From assembly GCF_964355755.1 (NCBI RefSeq), contig NC_092672.1, positions 24,627,237 to 24,691,236 of the forward strand: a DNA stretch of 64,000 nt. The letters run 5' to 3'. Shown piece by piece: positions 26,301 to 35,869 of the stretch (position 1 is its first letter; each line of letters begins with the position of its first letter). This DNA comes from Antedon mediterranea. Its lineage: Eukaryota > Animalia > Echinodermata. The notes below the pieces were generated by a model that was not told the DNA's origin, ran no database searches, and saw only the letters and a list, made by a program, of their open reading frames with translations. Both the position numbers and the translations under genes were made by a program.

Positions 26301-28919
26301 GAGTGAAGCGAACAAACTCTCTAGTTAAAAGGAATTATCAACTTTATTTTCTTACAGGTTATTTTAACGCTTGAGATGTCTTTCAAACATTCTAAAGATG
26401 GTGGAAGAAGGGGCATTAAATTCCATCGATGCATTCCCTGTGATTGTAGTAAGACATCTGAGAAGAAACACATGCAAGTTCTTGGAGATTTCCAGGAAGA
26501 GATGTTGCCATGCAAAGGAGATCGGATGAATGTTAAACGCTACAAGAGGCTATTTGGCAGTAAGTTCAGCAATACTAGAGTACAAATTATACAAATCACT
26601 GGTGCATTGTATTTCAGAATAAATTTCATGGGAAGGGGCTTTATTTTAGATTTTGGATCATTTGCCATAAGTAGCATTTAGTGTATACTTTTACTGCTTC
26701 CTTATCTATTATTGTAATAGAAGTGTAGATACATACAGGTAATGATTCAACAAATTACATGTAATAGAATTTAAACAATAACTATGAAGCGGTTAAAATA
26801 TGTGCAACAAGATCATCATCATTATCACCCTTCATAAAAGAATAGAATAAACTTTAAAACGTCATTAAAGACAAGCAATTACCCATAATGTTTAATGTCT
26901 GGTAAACAAGCATCATGACACTAGCAGTGGCACTGTGGCTTGGTGTATTACTGTACATTAGTCCTTGGTTCAAATCATAATACTAAGATGTTTCTCATGA
27001 CCCAACAACAACACCGCAATTTACATAGACGAGTGATAATGGTAAGCGGTAAACTGCATGCTTGTCCCACGTAAGATCTATATCTATCCTGAGTGGGTTT
27101 CCACTAAACCGCCATCCACGTTTAAAAAACATAGATTCTGTATTTTTGTTTTTCATTACCCCTTACAGTTCACGCTCATCTGTGTAAATTGGCCTTAAGC
27201 CTAATATTAATCCCGATTTATAAAATATGGATTTGTATTTCATCTGTAATTGGTGAGTTATGTTCTTGCTTTTGGATCTGCTGCGTTAAAATTATATATA
27301 CATACCATAATGGTATGTTACTAAACTTTACAGGTTTAAACTACTGTAGTATTGTATGACAAGCAATTGGTCATATGATGTCAACACAAATACCCTTTTT
27401 AATTCAACAGTGAGTTTAAACTGCCTAGTTAAATACATGCATTCTTTTTTATTTGTATCAGTATTGTTATCATTATAAATGCACTTTTCATATTAGTGTA
27501 TCAATAAATAGGCCTGAAAATAAAGTGTTCAATCAAGTAAGCATTCGTAGCTGATGGGGCCATTTATTCAAAAGCCACTGCTGTCATCACACATAATGTT
27601 TACACAGAATACCACAATGATCACCTTTTCAAAGCAACATATTTTATTTCGTCATTAGTAGTCGCATTACATGTATGCACAGTATTTGTTGTGGTATGTT
27701 TCTAAATGTTAATAATAATTATAATTCTGAATCAAAGAAAAGTATATTCTTATTTTGTAGATGAAAGAACAAGAGAATTGATGAAGCTAGCAAAAAAGCT
27801 AGGCAATGAATGGGAACAACTGGCTGTGTTTCTTGGGTTCACTAAGGCAGAGCTTGATGGCTTTAAATATGGCAATCGTAACATGCTAGGAGCAATATTC
27901 AGCATGCTAGACACTTGCTGCAAGAAGGCAGGTACTAGCAAGTCATGGAATATACAACTCACTAAAGCACTCAGAGAAATTGATAGACACGATTTAGCAG
28001 ATGAAGTCAAAAGTAAGCTATAAACAGTGTTCTAAAAACTGATAATCATTTTAGCCCTATCATCAGCATCCTTTTCAATTTTTTATAAATACATTTTTGT
28101 TAAATATGTTTTACGTTTCATTATAGAGTTGATGTCTATAACATAGTATATTTTCACAACTTCCCATACAATACATTTCTTTTTTTTGTAACACCATTGT
28201 TGGTATTTTAATATTTTTTACGTTTCATTATAAGTCTATAACTTAGTTTTCTTCCACGCCATTCCATTTTGTATTATATTAAAGTTTCTTAGCAGCTTTT
28301 GGTCTGATTTTAATAAATAAATAAAACATTGTTCCAACAACAGCAACTAAAACATTGATTGTTTTATACTTTTATACTTTTGTACTCATTTTCATGTGCT
28401 TACAATTTAGATAAAGAATCTCAATTATTTTCCATGTATTTGGTTTGATAATGAACAACTATTTTGATTTTCAATGAATATACACAATTGCCCAGCAGGT
28501 AATTCAGTGATATTTTGTTTAAGTAATACTGTAGTAAGACAATGTATTCTCCACATTCAACTTGTTATGAAAAAATGTTATTCCTATTACATTAAATTTA
28601 ATATCAGTGTGTGAAATCTCAAATGTGAAAAAAATAAGAGAAAAATCTTTTTGTTTTCTTAGATGAAGCATCTAAAGAATTAATGGAATTAGCAAAAAAA
28701 CTTGGCAGTGAGTGGGAACAAGTTGCAATATTCCTAGAGTTTGCAAAGGCTGACCTTGATCGCTTTAAGCAAGACAATCATGGTTACTTGCTAGGAGCAA
28801 TCTTCAGTATGTTGGATGCATGGTACAGGAAGTCGTCAGGTACTATGTCACAACTCATTGAAGCCCTTAAACAAGCTAACAGAAATGACTTAGCAGATGA
28901 AGTTAAATGCAGGCTATGA
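5278..28919 (+). CDS. Multi-exon ROCO-family gene (ANK-Death-Roc-COR-Death-Death), 5'-incomplete, with one +1 frameshift
   Basis: 22 GT-AG exons assembled by eye: 5278-5397, 6086-6182, 6816-6851, 7172-7423, 7902-8067, 9201-9307, 9959-10071, 15213-15302, 15405-15444, 15550-15584, 15990-16014, 16701-16852, 21230-21319, 22036-22213, 22635-22877, 23681-23878, 24554-24748, 25107-25418, 25944-26021, 26358-26559, 27761-28012, 28663-28919. Total 3238 nt = 1079 codons + 1 nt. Motifs: DGNTALH (ANK), GQEGVGKT (G1), TDG (G2), WDHWGQ (G3), GTHK (G4), IPLKW, LNFLYDLGDII, VVLDP, FFVPLRL (COR), and three Death domains. Confidence 0.88.
6086..6182 (+). CDS. ROCO exon: terminal degenerate ankyrin repeat
   Basis: cag|NGKSVIDLYITNVCGKYEDVEAQKEEVMKLLK-G|gt; phase 0-1. 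Confidence 0.7.
6816..6851 (+). CDS. ROCO micro-exon (linker)
   Basis: tttag|GT GGA CCT TTA...TCA G|gtatga; 36 nt, phase 1-1, GPLPEIYFTSS. Confidence 0.65.
7172..7423 (+). CDS. ROCO exon: Death domain 1
   Basis: 252 nt, phase 1-1; ...FEELAECLGFKQEDIDSF...YKMLNAWY...LCEAVGKAGRHDLADEIE matches the Death-fold pattern. Confidence 0.88.
7902..8067 (+). CDS. ROCO exon: Roc N-terminus and P-loop
   Basis: IDIPYAISARGKEVEKAYIEALKEGQVEVNLGMVKVIGQEGVGKTCLINACLG; donor gtaagt. Confidence 0.9.
8312..8671. mobile_element. MITE, PIF/Harbinger-like
   Basis: Imperfect ~45-bp TIRs (ggcccatttaaactaggacaataacgatcaatgata / tatcattgatcgttatcatcccagtgtaaatgggcg) with TAA/TTA-like flanks. Confidence 0.6.
9201..9307 (+). 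CDS. ROCO exon: Roc switch I (G2)
   Basis: FNKEHLITDGIAVIKTV...; phase 2-1, compatible with both neighbours. Confidence 0.85.
9959..10071 (+). CDS. ROCO exon: Roc insert
   Basis: cag|GA AAT CCA ATT...GAA AAG|gtatgt; phase 1-0. Confidence 0.8.
10067..13473. repeat. 23-bp minisatellite, ~148 copies, intronic
   Basis: Unit AAAAGGT(A/G)TGTACACACTATAAC repeated head-to-tail with no spacers. Confidence 0.97.
13478..14360. mobile_element. GC-richer interspersed repeat, probable non-autonomous DNA element
   Basis: gcgagcgaagcgagc...ggggtcaggaggcgaagcctcc motif and internal repeats of aagaaaattttgaaaaatagagctg; termini not resolved. Confidence 0.4.
15213..16014 (+). CDS. ROCO micro-exon cluster in the Roc insert (15213-15302, 15405-15444, 15550-15584, 15990-16014)
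   Basis: Exons of 90, 40, 35 and 25 nt with donors gtaagg, gtaagt, gtgagt, gtaagt; phases 0-0, 0-1, 1-0, 0-1 link 10071 to 16701 in frame; K/T/S-rich peptide. Confidence 0.72.
16701..16852 (+). CDS. ROCO exon: Roc G3 (switch II)
   Basis: ...ETFNIWDHWGQLIYQGIHQ|gtaagt corresponds to the Roc WDxxGQ..Y...HQ motif. Confidence 0.88.
17277..21127 (-). mobile_element. Academ-like DNA transposon, internally deleted
   Basis: ~520-bp TIRs (17277-~17795 and ~20602-21127) with TAGTAGAGCAG...CTGCTCTACTA ends and a 3-bp TAT duplication on both sides. Degenerate minus-strand protein pieces RIDLV, RENRGKG, FFRCNENEQELSEFL, CNIKEANERMLLY (~17960-18420) resemble the XPG/PIN-like nuclease region of Academ proteins. 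Confidence 0.72.
18570..20181. repeat. ~30-bp minisatellite inside the Academ-like element
   Basis: Unit CCATCCACAGACAAAGAAGGGGGT(G/A)TAAGA, ~54 diverged copies. Confidence 0.95.
21230..21319 (+). CDS. ROCO exon: Roc beta strand after G3
   Basis: IFVTSEAVYVAVFDLSKDLDDPALVIDPNG; 90 nt, phase 0-0. Confidence 0.88.
21525..21597 (+). tRNA. tRNA-Asp(ATC)-like sequence, probably a pseudogene or repeat head
   Basis: 73-nt cloverleaf: acceptor GCCCCAG/TTGGGGC, D arm, anticodon arm TCTGC-ATATCAA-GCAGA, T arm CCGGG-TTCGAGT-CTTGG, discriminator G. Embedded in a ~240-bp tandem duplication (21449-21805) with a truncated second copy. Confidence 0.6.
22036..22213 (+). CDS. ROCO exon: Roc G4, frameshifted
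   Basis: Frame 0 reads QEREHHWTNRQFLLSSILSVYSHSRILGEN* (TGA 22126-22128); the +1 frame continues ERIEKEVNLPAILVVGTHKASL. Exon is 178 nt between phase-0 neighbours. Confidence 0.85.
22635..26559 (+). CDS. ROCO exons: Roc G5 and COR domain (22635-22877, 23681-23878, 24554-24748, 25107-25418, 25944-26021, 26358-26559)
   Basis: YAVENS, IPLKWMRF, LNFLYDLGDIIYL, VVLDP, LVDLMIRFGFI, FFVPLRL, LPDILFPYL; all junctions GT-AG and in phase. Confidence 0.88.
22990..23360 (+). mobile_element. Degraded Rex1/Babar-like LINE fragment in an intron
   Basis: EYIKQCINNVIPIKHKKSYLHNKPWMSK parallels EYIKFCQNLILSKKKIRIFNNNKPWLTK of the LINE at 48.7 kb. Confidence 0.5.
27761..28012 (+). CDS. ROCO exon: Death domain 2
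   Basis: 252 nt, phase 1-1; LAKKLGNEWEQLAVFLGF...FSMLDT...LTKALREIDRHDLADEVK. Read-through gives SKL-TAA (28023). Confidence 0.88.
28663..28919 (+). CDS. ROCO terminal exon: Death domain 3
   Basis: Phase-1 acceptor; LAKKLGSEWEQVAIFLEF...FSMLDAWY...ALKQANRNDLADEVKCRL-TGA; paralog of 27761-28023. Confidence 0.88.
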
Positions 28920-29023
28920 AAACAATGATTGTTTGAATGTCACTGCCTACAACCAGCAGTATCAGCAGCATCACTGTCATTGAAATAATGTTGACTTGTG
29001 CATTTATCTATTGTGTATATTAA

Positions 29024-29425
29024 AATTAAATGTCATTCACCAAGGTATTGATTGGTCTTCTTGGTTGTATTCTAACCTTCCAGTTCATTTGTATTGTTTA
29101 CAATAACTCAACAGTCTCACAATAGATTGTAAATCAATTAAATGTAATTTACCAAGGCATTTATTGGTCTTCTTGGTTGTATTCTAACTTTCCAGCTCAT
29201 TTTTATTGTTTACAATAACTCAACAGTCTCACAATAGATTGTAAATCAATTAAATGTCATTTACCAAGGCATTGGTTGGTCTTCTTGGTTGTATTCTAAC
29301 TTTCCAGCTCATTTTTATTGTTTACAATAACTCAACAGTCTCACAATAGATTGTAAATCAATTAAATGTAATTTACCGAGGCATTTATTGGTCTTCTTGG
29401 TTGTATTCTAACTTTCCAACTCATT
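29024..29425. repeat. 112-bp tandem repeat, ~3.5 copies
   Basis: caataactcaacagtctcacaatagattg recurs at 29101, 29213 and 29325. Confidence 0.9.
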
Positions 29426-29432
29426 ATATACT

Positions 29433-32113
29433 CTCTCTCTCGAAGTGCCATATCATGAGACTTTGGCGATCATGTTGTGCCACAATTCTCTGTCTATTGC
29501 CATATTCAGCAACTCCACTTCTTTGGTATTCTCCCCTCTATTCCGAATCCATTCAGCTATGCTGGCCAACCAAGTGACTCTTTTCCTCCCCTGCTCCTTC
29601 TTCCTTCTATTTTCCCCGTTAATGCCAAGTTCTCCAGACCTCCCTTCCTCAACACATGTCCCATGAATCTCATCTGTCTAATCCTAATATCCTTCAGTAG
29701 TTTCCTGCATACTCCAGCTCTTATCAATACATCTTCATTACTAACTCTATCTGTCCATGGAATTCTCATCATTCTCCTTAGAAACCACATCTCACATCTT
29801 TCCAATCTTTTTCTGAGGTCAGTTGTGATTGACCAGGCTTCACTTCCATACATCAGCACAGGATAGATGTAGCAGTTTAATACACGCAACCTGGTTTCCA
29901 TACTCATCGCACAGTTCTTCAAGATATTCTCCATTTCTCCAAATGCGGATTTCGCAAGGACTATCCTTCTCTTTATCTCCGTTACACACCTGGCATCATC
30001 TGTTATTTTGCTCCCAAGATAGTTAAAAGAGGACACCTGCTGAATTAACTGGTCTCCTGCTTGAAGGTTACACGTTGGACTCTCCTTTTTTGACACTACT
30101 AAACACTCTGTCTTACTACAATTTATAGACAGACCCATCTTTTCGCTCTCTACTACAACCACATCCAGCAACCTTTGGAGATCTTCAGCTGACTCTGCCA
30201 GTAGAACTGTGTCATCTGCATATCTGATGTTTGTAAAATTTCTACCACAAATTCTCAAACCCTTCTCATTATCTAGCTCCCTCAAGATCAACTCGCTATA
30301 GTAGTTAAACAAGTCTGGTGACATTACACAGCCCTGTCTCACTCCTCTTCCAATACTTGTGTAGTCACTGCACTCCCCATCTACCCTCATGCATGCAGTC
30401 TGTTTCCAGTACAAATTTTGCAACAATCTAAGATCCTTTCCATGTAGGTCAAGCTTGCTAAGTTCTTGAAATAGCTGCTCATGCCTTACTTTGTCAAATG
30501 CCTTGGTGTAGTCTATGAAACACATGTATACATCTTTCTCTGCATCTCCACTGCCCTTTCAGTTATCATTCTTATCACAAAGATGGCATTCCTGGTGCCT
30601 GAATCCTTTACAAAACCATACTGCTCACTCCCAATCTCTGGTTTTAATCTGCTTCTTGCTCTCATAAGTAGTATCCTCAGAATGATCTTGGTGACATGAC
30701 TCATGAGGCTGATTGTACGATGTTTTTCACATTCTACAGCACCTGGTTTCTTCGGAAGGGCAATAAAAATGGACTTACTCAGGTCCTCAGGGAAGCTTCC
30801 ATCCTCGTATATCTTATTGATCACTTCAGTTAACTTTTCCACTCCATACTCTTCTAATGCCTCAATCATCTCGATGGCTACACCATCCGGTCCTGCCGCC
30901 TTATTCTTCCTCAACCTCTTGATTGCTGTTCGTACTTCTGCTTTCAAGATCTTTGGTCCTTCTTCTGAGTCAGGAAAGCTTGGCATTGCTTGTCTAACAT
31001 CAAAAAACAGCTCCCCGATATACTCTGTCCATCTTTTCAAAATATCAGTCTTTTCAACAAGCATTGTTCCATCTTTTGCCTTAATGCATCCAGAGTTTGA
31101 GCAGCCAGACTTCCTTCCAGTGAACTCATTAAGTCTCTGATAAATCTTGTGGTTGTTGTTCTCTAGTCCACTCTCAATCTCCTCACACTGTGTTTTAAGC
31201 CACTTTTCTTTTGCCTCCCTGCACTTTTGCTTAATTTCTCTATCTAGATCTTTATATTATTTACTTGATCTAGTACTAATCTTCTGTCTATCCCTCATCA
31301 TTGATAGTATCTCTTCCGACACCCATTTGTTCTTCCTTCTTCTCTCTTTCTTAGGTAAGGATTCTTTGGCTGTCTCAACAAGGATGTCTCTCATTGCATC
31401 CCACGTAATCTCTTCACCTTCATCTACAAGGATGTCAAACTTATTCCTCACTTGAATGGAATATTCCAAACGGATCTCCGGACTGTTTAGCTGCTCAAAG
31501 TCTAATTTCTGTACATTTTTGGCTTTCTTCACCTTTTTTTAACTTTGATTGAAGTGTGCAAACCACTGGAATGTGGTCACTTCCACAATCTGCCCCTGGA
31601 TATGTTTTTGCATGAGTCACTGCCCTTTTCCACCTACTGTTTACTGCAATGTAGTCAATCTGATTCCTCGTCACATCACCAGGGCTATTCCTTGTGTATA
31701 TTCGTCTGGGATGCTCTTTAAACCATGTATTTGTTATGGTCATATCCTTAGCTTTACACCAGTTCACCCATCTGTCGCCACGCGCATTTCTTTCACCCAT
31801 CCCATGCTCTCCAACTGTGTTTCCATCTTGTTCATGGCCAACCTTTGCATTCAGATCACCCATGATGAAATTTATCTCATCTGATTTGCATTGGGATTTG
31901 GCCTGGTCTAAGGTCGCATAAAAGTTATCTATCTCTTCATCTGTGCTGTCAGCTGTAGGTGCATAAACCACTATGATAGAGATATTGAAGGGTTGTCCCT
32001 GCAGTTTGACCAACATAACTCTTTCACTCACAGCCCAATAGCCCAGCATACATTTAGCCATATCACCATCCAAAAGCAACCCCACACCTTTTTCATGTTT
32101 GTCTCCTCCAGCG
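29433..32113 (-). mobile_element. RTE-clade LINE, 5'-truncated and frameshifted
   Basis: APE motifs (VYAPT, GDLNAKVG, RNQIDYI, SDH) and RT motifs (DYTKAFD, GVRQGC, YADD) across ORFs 31495-32214, 30513-31064, 29557-30525. (GA)n tail at the 3' end; TATATACT duplicated at 29425-29432 and 32114-32121. Confidence 0.93.
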
Positions 32114-32845
32114 TATATACTAGTATAATGAAAACAAATATACAGTTGTGTGCACAATTTAAACATTAAATATGACCACCTGCAATACCATAAGTTACAA
32201 TTTACAACGTTCATATGAATTCGTTAAAATATTGGTATGTTGCAACTTGAATTGGATAAATCATATTATCAACAATTATGGCGGCAGTACACAACCACAT
32301 TGATGGATTGGAAGTTGAAGGATTTTTAGATATACAATTGCAACGAATCAAACTGTACAACAGTATGTTTGTAAATACAATTTGTTTTGTATCCTTGTTG
32401 TCCTTTATTATTAGTATAATACAAAATATGTGTATTTCCAGTTTCAAACTTATTAACATTCACTTGGAAACAGAATAATGTATACATTATAAAGTGTAGA
32501 TCATTTAATCATAATCATAACTAAGAATAAATGTTAGTTAAAATAAGAATATTCTGCAATTTTAATGCCACTTTGTAAACATTTTTTTATAATTTAATTT
32601 TTTTACTGCCATATAATTAAGTTTAGTTTCTAGATGTTTGTTTTACTTTGTTTTTCTGAATAAAGAAACCTTTATATGTTAGTCTCTAGATGTGTATGGT
32701 GTTAACCAAATTAACCAAATGTATTTCTATGTATACATTTTTCAAATTATTTTGTTAAAGCTAACTACTTTTCTTAACTATGATACCAGTTATTCCGATA
32801 TTTACTGTTCAATTCAATTTCGTAACCGATATATGGCAAGAAATG

Positions 32846-33858
32846 CCATTCAAATGCATGGTCCAATCTAATGCATGGTATTGATGCTTCTATACAATAT
32901 TCTTATCTGTTAATACATTCAAATACAGTACTATTCAAAGGCATAGTCCAATCTAATGCATGGTATTGATGCTTCTATACAATATTCTTATCTGTAAATA
33001 CATTCAAATACAGTACTATTCAAAGGCATAGTCCAATCTAATGCATGGTATTGATGCTTCTATACAACATTCTTATCTGTTAATACATTCAAATACAGTA
33101 CTATTCAAAGGCATAGTTCAATCTAATGGATTGTATTGATGCTTCTATACAACATTCTTATCTGTTAATACTTTCAAATACAGTACTATTCAAAGGCATA
33201 GTCCAATCTAATGGATGGTATTGATGCTACTATACAACATTCTTATCTGTTAATACATTCAAATACAGTACTATTCAAAGGCATAGTCCAATATAATGGA
33301 TGGTATTGATGCTTCTATACAACATTCTTATCTGTTAATACATTCAAATACAGTACTATTCAAAGGCATAGTCCAATCTAATGGATGGTATTGATGCTTC
33401 TATACAACATTCTTATCTGTTAATACATTCAAATACAGTACTATTCAAAGGCATAGTCCAATCTAATGCATGGTATTGATGCTTCTATACAACATTCTTA
33501 TCTGTTAATACATTCAAATACAGTACTATTCAAAGGCATAGTCCAATCTAATGGATGGTATTGATGCTTCTATACAACATTCTTATCTGTTAATACATTC
33601 AAATACAGTACTATTCAAAGGCATAGTCCAATCTAATGCATGGTATTGATGCTTCTATACAACATTCTTATCTGTTAATACATTCAAATACAGTACTATT
33701 CAAAGGCATAGTCCAATCTAATGGATAGTATTGATGCTTCTATACAACATTCTTATCTGTTAATACATTCAAATACAGTACTATTCAAAGGCATAGTCCA
33801 ATCTAATGGATGGTATTGATGCTTCTATACAACATTCTCATCTGTTAATACTTTCAAA
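32846..33858. repeat. 85-bp tandem repeat, ~12 copies
   Basis: ctattcaaaggcatagtccaatctaatg recurs every 85 bp (32931, 33101, 33271 for alternate copies). Confidence 0.95.
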
Positions 33859-34124
33859 ATTATAAAAGATCAATTATTATCAACCTATTGGTAAGATCAA
33901 TATATATATATGTCATGTTATAAGCCTGTTATATAGTCTGTCAACATTTTTTGTTTTAGTATTTTATGTTTTTAATATAATCATGTTTGTAATTGTTATT
34001 ATGTTTTTAGGCATGTAGTACATATCATGTTTGTAATTATTATCGTCTTTTCTTATTTCTTTTTAAGGTGAACACACTGTGTACGAGTTTGCTATTTTTT
34101 GGTAATTCTTTCCATTTAAATTGT

Positions 34125-34330
34125 CAGAAATCAAGTGTGATACATCTAGTGAATCACACAAATCGATGAGAACATTTTAGAGATTGGTTACCCTCTCATT
34201 ATGCCCAGTCTCTCAGCTGAAATATGTCAGGAGTCAATTGTGATACATCTGGAGAACCGCACAAATCGATGAGAACATTTAAGAGATTGGTTACCCTCTC
34301 ATTATACCCAGTCTCTCAGCTGAAATGTGT
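34125..34330. repeat. ~105-bp tandem duplication
   Basis: tgtgatacatct...cacaaatcgatgagaacattt...gattggttaccctctcattat...cagtctctcagctgaaat occurs twice. Confidence 0.85.
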
Positions 34331-34493
34331 CCTATGTGTTTACATCTCTGATATGATGTTATATAGGCCTATATTCTAAAAAGAGAGATGGGAACAAATA
34401 AACTGACTCTGAAACAAAAATTATTAAAGTAAAACATGCAAACTAGATTGAAAATGAAAGCCATTTATTCTATGATTGTGCACAGCTAATTAT

Positions 34494-34882
34494 TATGTTA
34501 TGATACCATATTATATAGGAATCAGTTGTTAATATGTTATGATACCATTATTATATAGGAATCAGTTGTTAATATGTTATGATACCATATTATATAGGAA
34601 TCAGTTGTTAATATGTTATGATACCATTATTATATAGGAATCAGTTGTTAATATGTTATGATACCATATTATATAGGAATCAGTTGTTAATATGTTATGA
34701 TACCATTATTATATAGGAATCAGTTGTTAATATGTTATGATACCATATTATATAGGAATCAGTTGTTAATATGTTATGATACCATTATTATATAGGAATC
34801 AGTTGTTAATATGTTAGATACCATATTATATAGGAATCAGTTGTTAATATGTTATGATACCATTATTATATAGGAATCAGTT
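34494..34882. repeat. 39/40-bp minisatellite with alternating units, ~10 monomers
   Basis: tgatacca(t)tattatataggaatcagttgttaatatgtta at spacings 39, 40, 39, 40. Confidence 0.93.
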
Positions 34883-35869
34883 TATAAAATGTAGTGTTAA
34901 CTATCTGTCGGTTATTTTGTACTCCAAAGCAGATGTATTTTGTGTAGTTAAATATCTATGGACGTTTTATTACGAAAGGAAAATTATAAAACACATTTTA
35001 AATATTTTTATATCACTATTTTGAATATAAAGTATCTAATTTACAGTACTAAATTGTTTATATTTGTATGATAAAATAATTATAAATGAATAAAAGCGGG
35101 ATGATATTTCCATGAAATATTTTTAATTACCGTGATAATAATTTGTATATTTTGAACTTAATTCATTTTAAATCTGTGTCGTTGTAAGAAGAGAACACCT
35201 CAATTATTGCATCCGCGTCTCTTTGGTTGCCGTTTAAATATCACGTCATCGTTCATCATCATTACCGTTCGTGTTCATTATCATTGTCACTATCGTCATT
35301 ATTATCAAATCATTATTCGTCACCATCATTCGAAACTGTATATTAAAATGTAACGGATTCTTTCGGAATTCTGTGTGTCACCTCATTAGTGCAGCAATGT
35401 GTACTAATTCGTGTCTTTAAATTTTTTCTAGACTTAAAAAGAAAGAGATCCAAATACTTTGAGGAACTGTAAGCACGCCAAAAAATAACAACTCATCATG
35501 GTGAAGTGAACATGAACAAGGCCAACAGCCATAAGTCGCGTGCTAAAACGCATAGTGATACCAGACCGACAGACCGACCGACCGACATAGTGAACTATAG
35601 AGTAAAAATAGTAGGCAAACATCATGAGTAAAAAAAGGTCACGATAACTGGTGTGTAATACAAAATTGCTCAGTTGACCATAAATACAATAATATGATAA
35701 TACGTCATAATCATCGTAACCAACAACATTAAATAGTTAGATTATTCCTCATGAATGTTATAAATAATAAACTGAATGAAGCTACTCTAAATAAATATAA
35801 AGTTTAGATAGGAGTTAAACGCTTAATGATGAGACCAGTGAGTTTGCAGAATTTGATAATTACCAATTT

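Noticed and set aside
25918-26301. 127-aa ORF as a ROCO exon
   Set aside because: The phase-compatible exon is 25944-26021 in a different frame; the remainder is intron.
5278-28919. Naming the gene DAPK1, LRRK2 or MFHAS1
   Set aside because: No kinase or LRR exons seen and the domain order differs; orthology cannot be supported.
32846-33858. 85-bp array as CRISPR or RNA gene cluster
   Set aside because: Whole units are near-identical, with no spacers, Pol III boxes or cloverleaf.
35450-35605. Helentron/HINE-like repeat with a (GACC)n tract
   Set aside because: Only a short microsatellite and a weak hairpin; boundaries cannot be defined.
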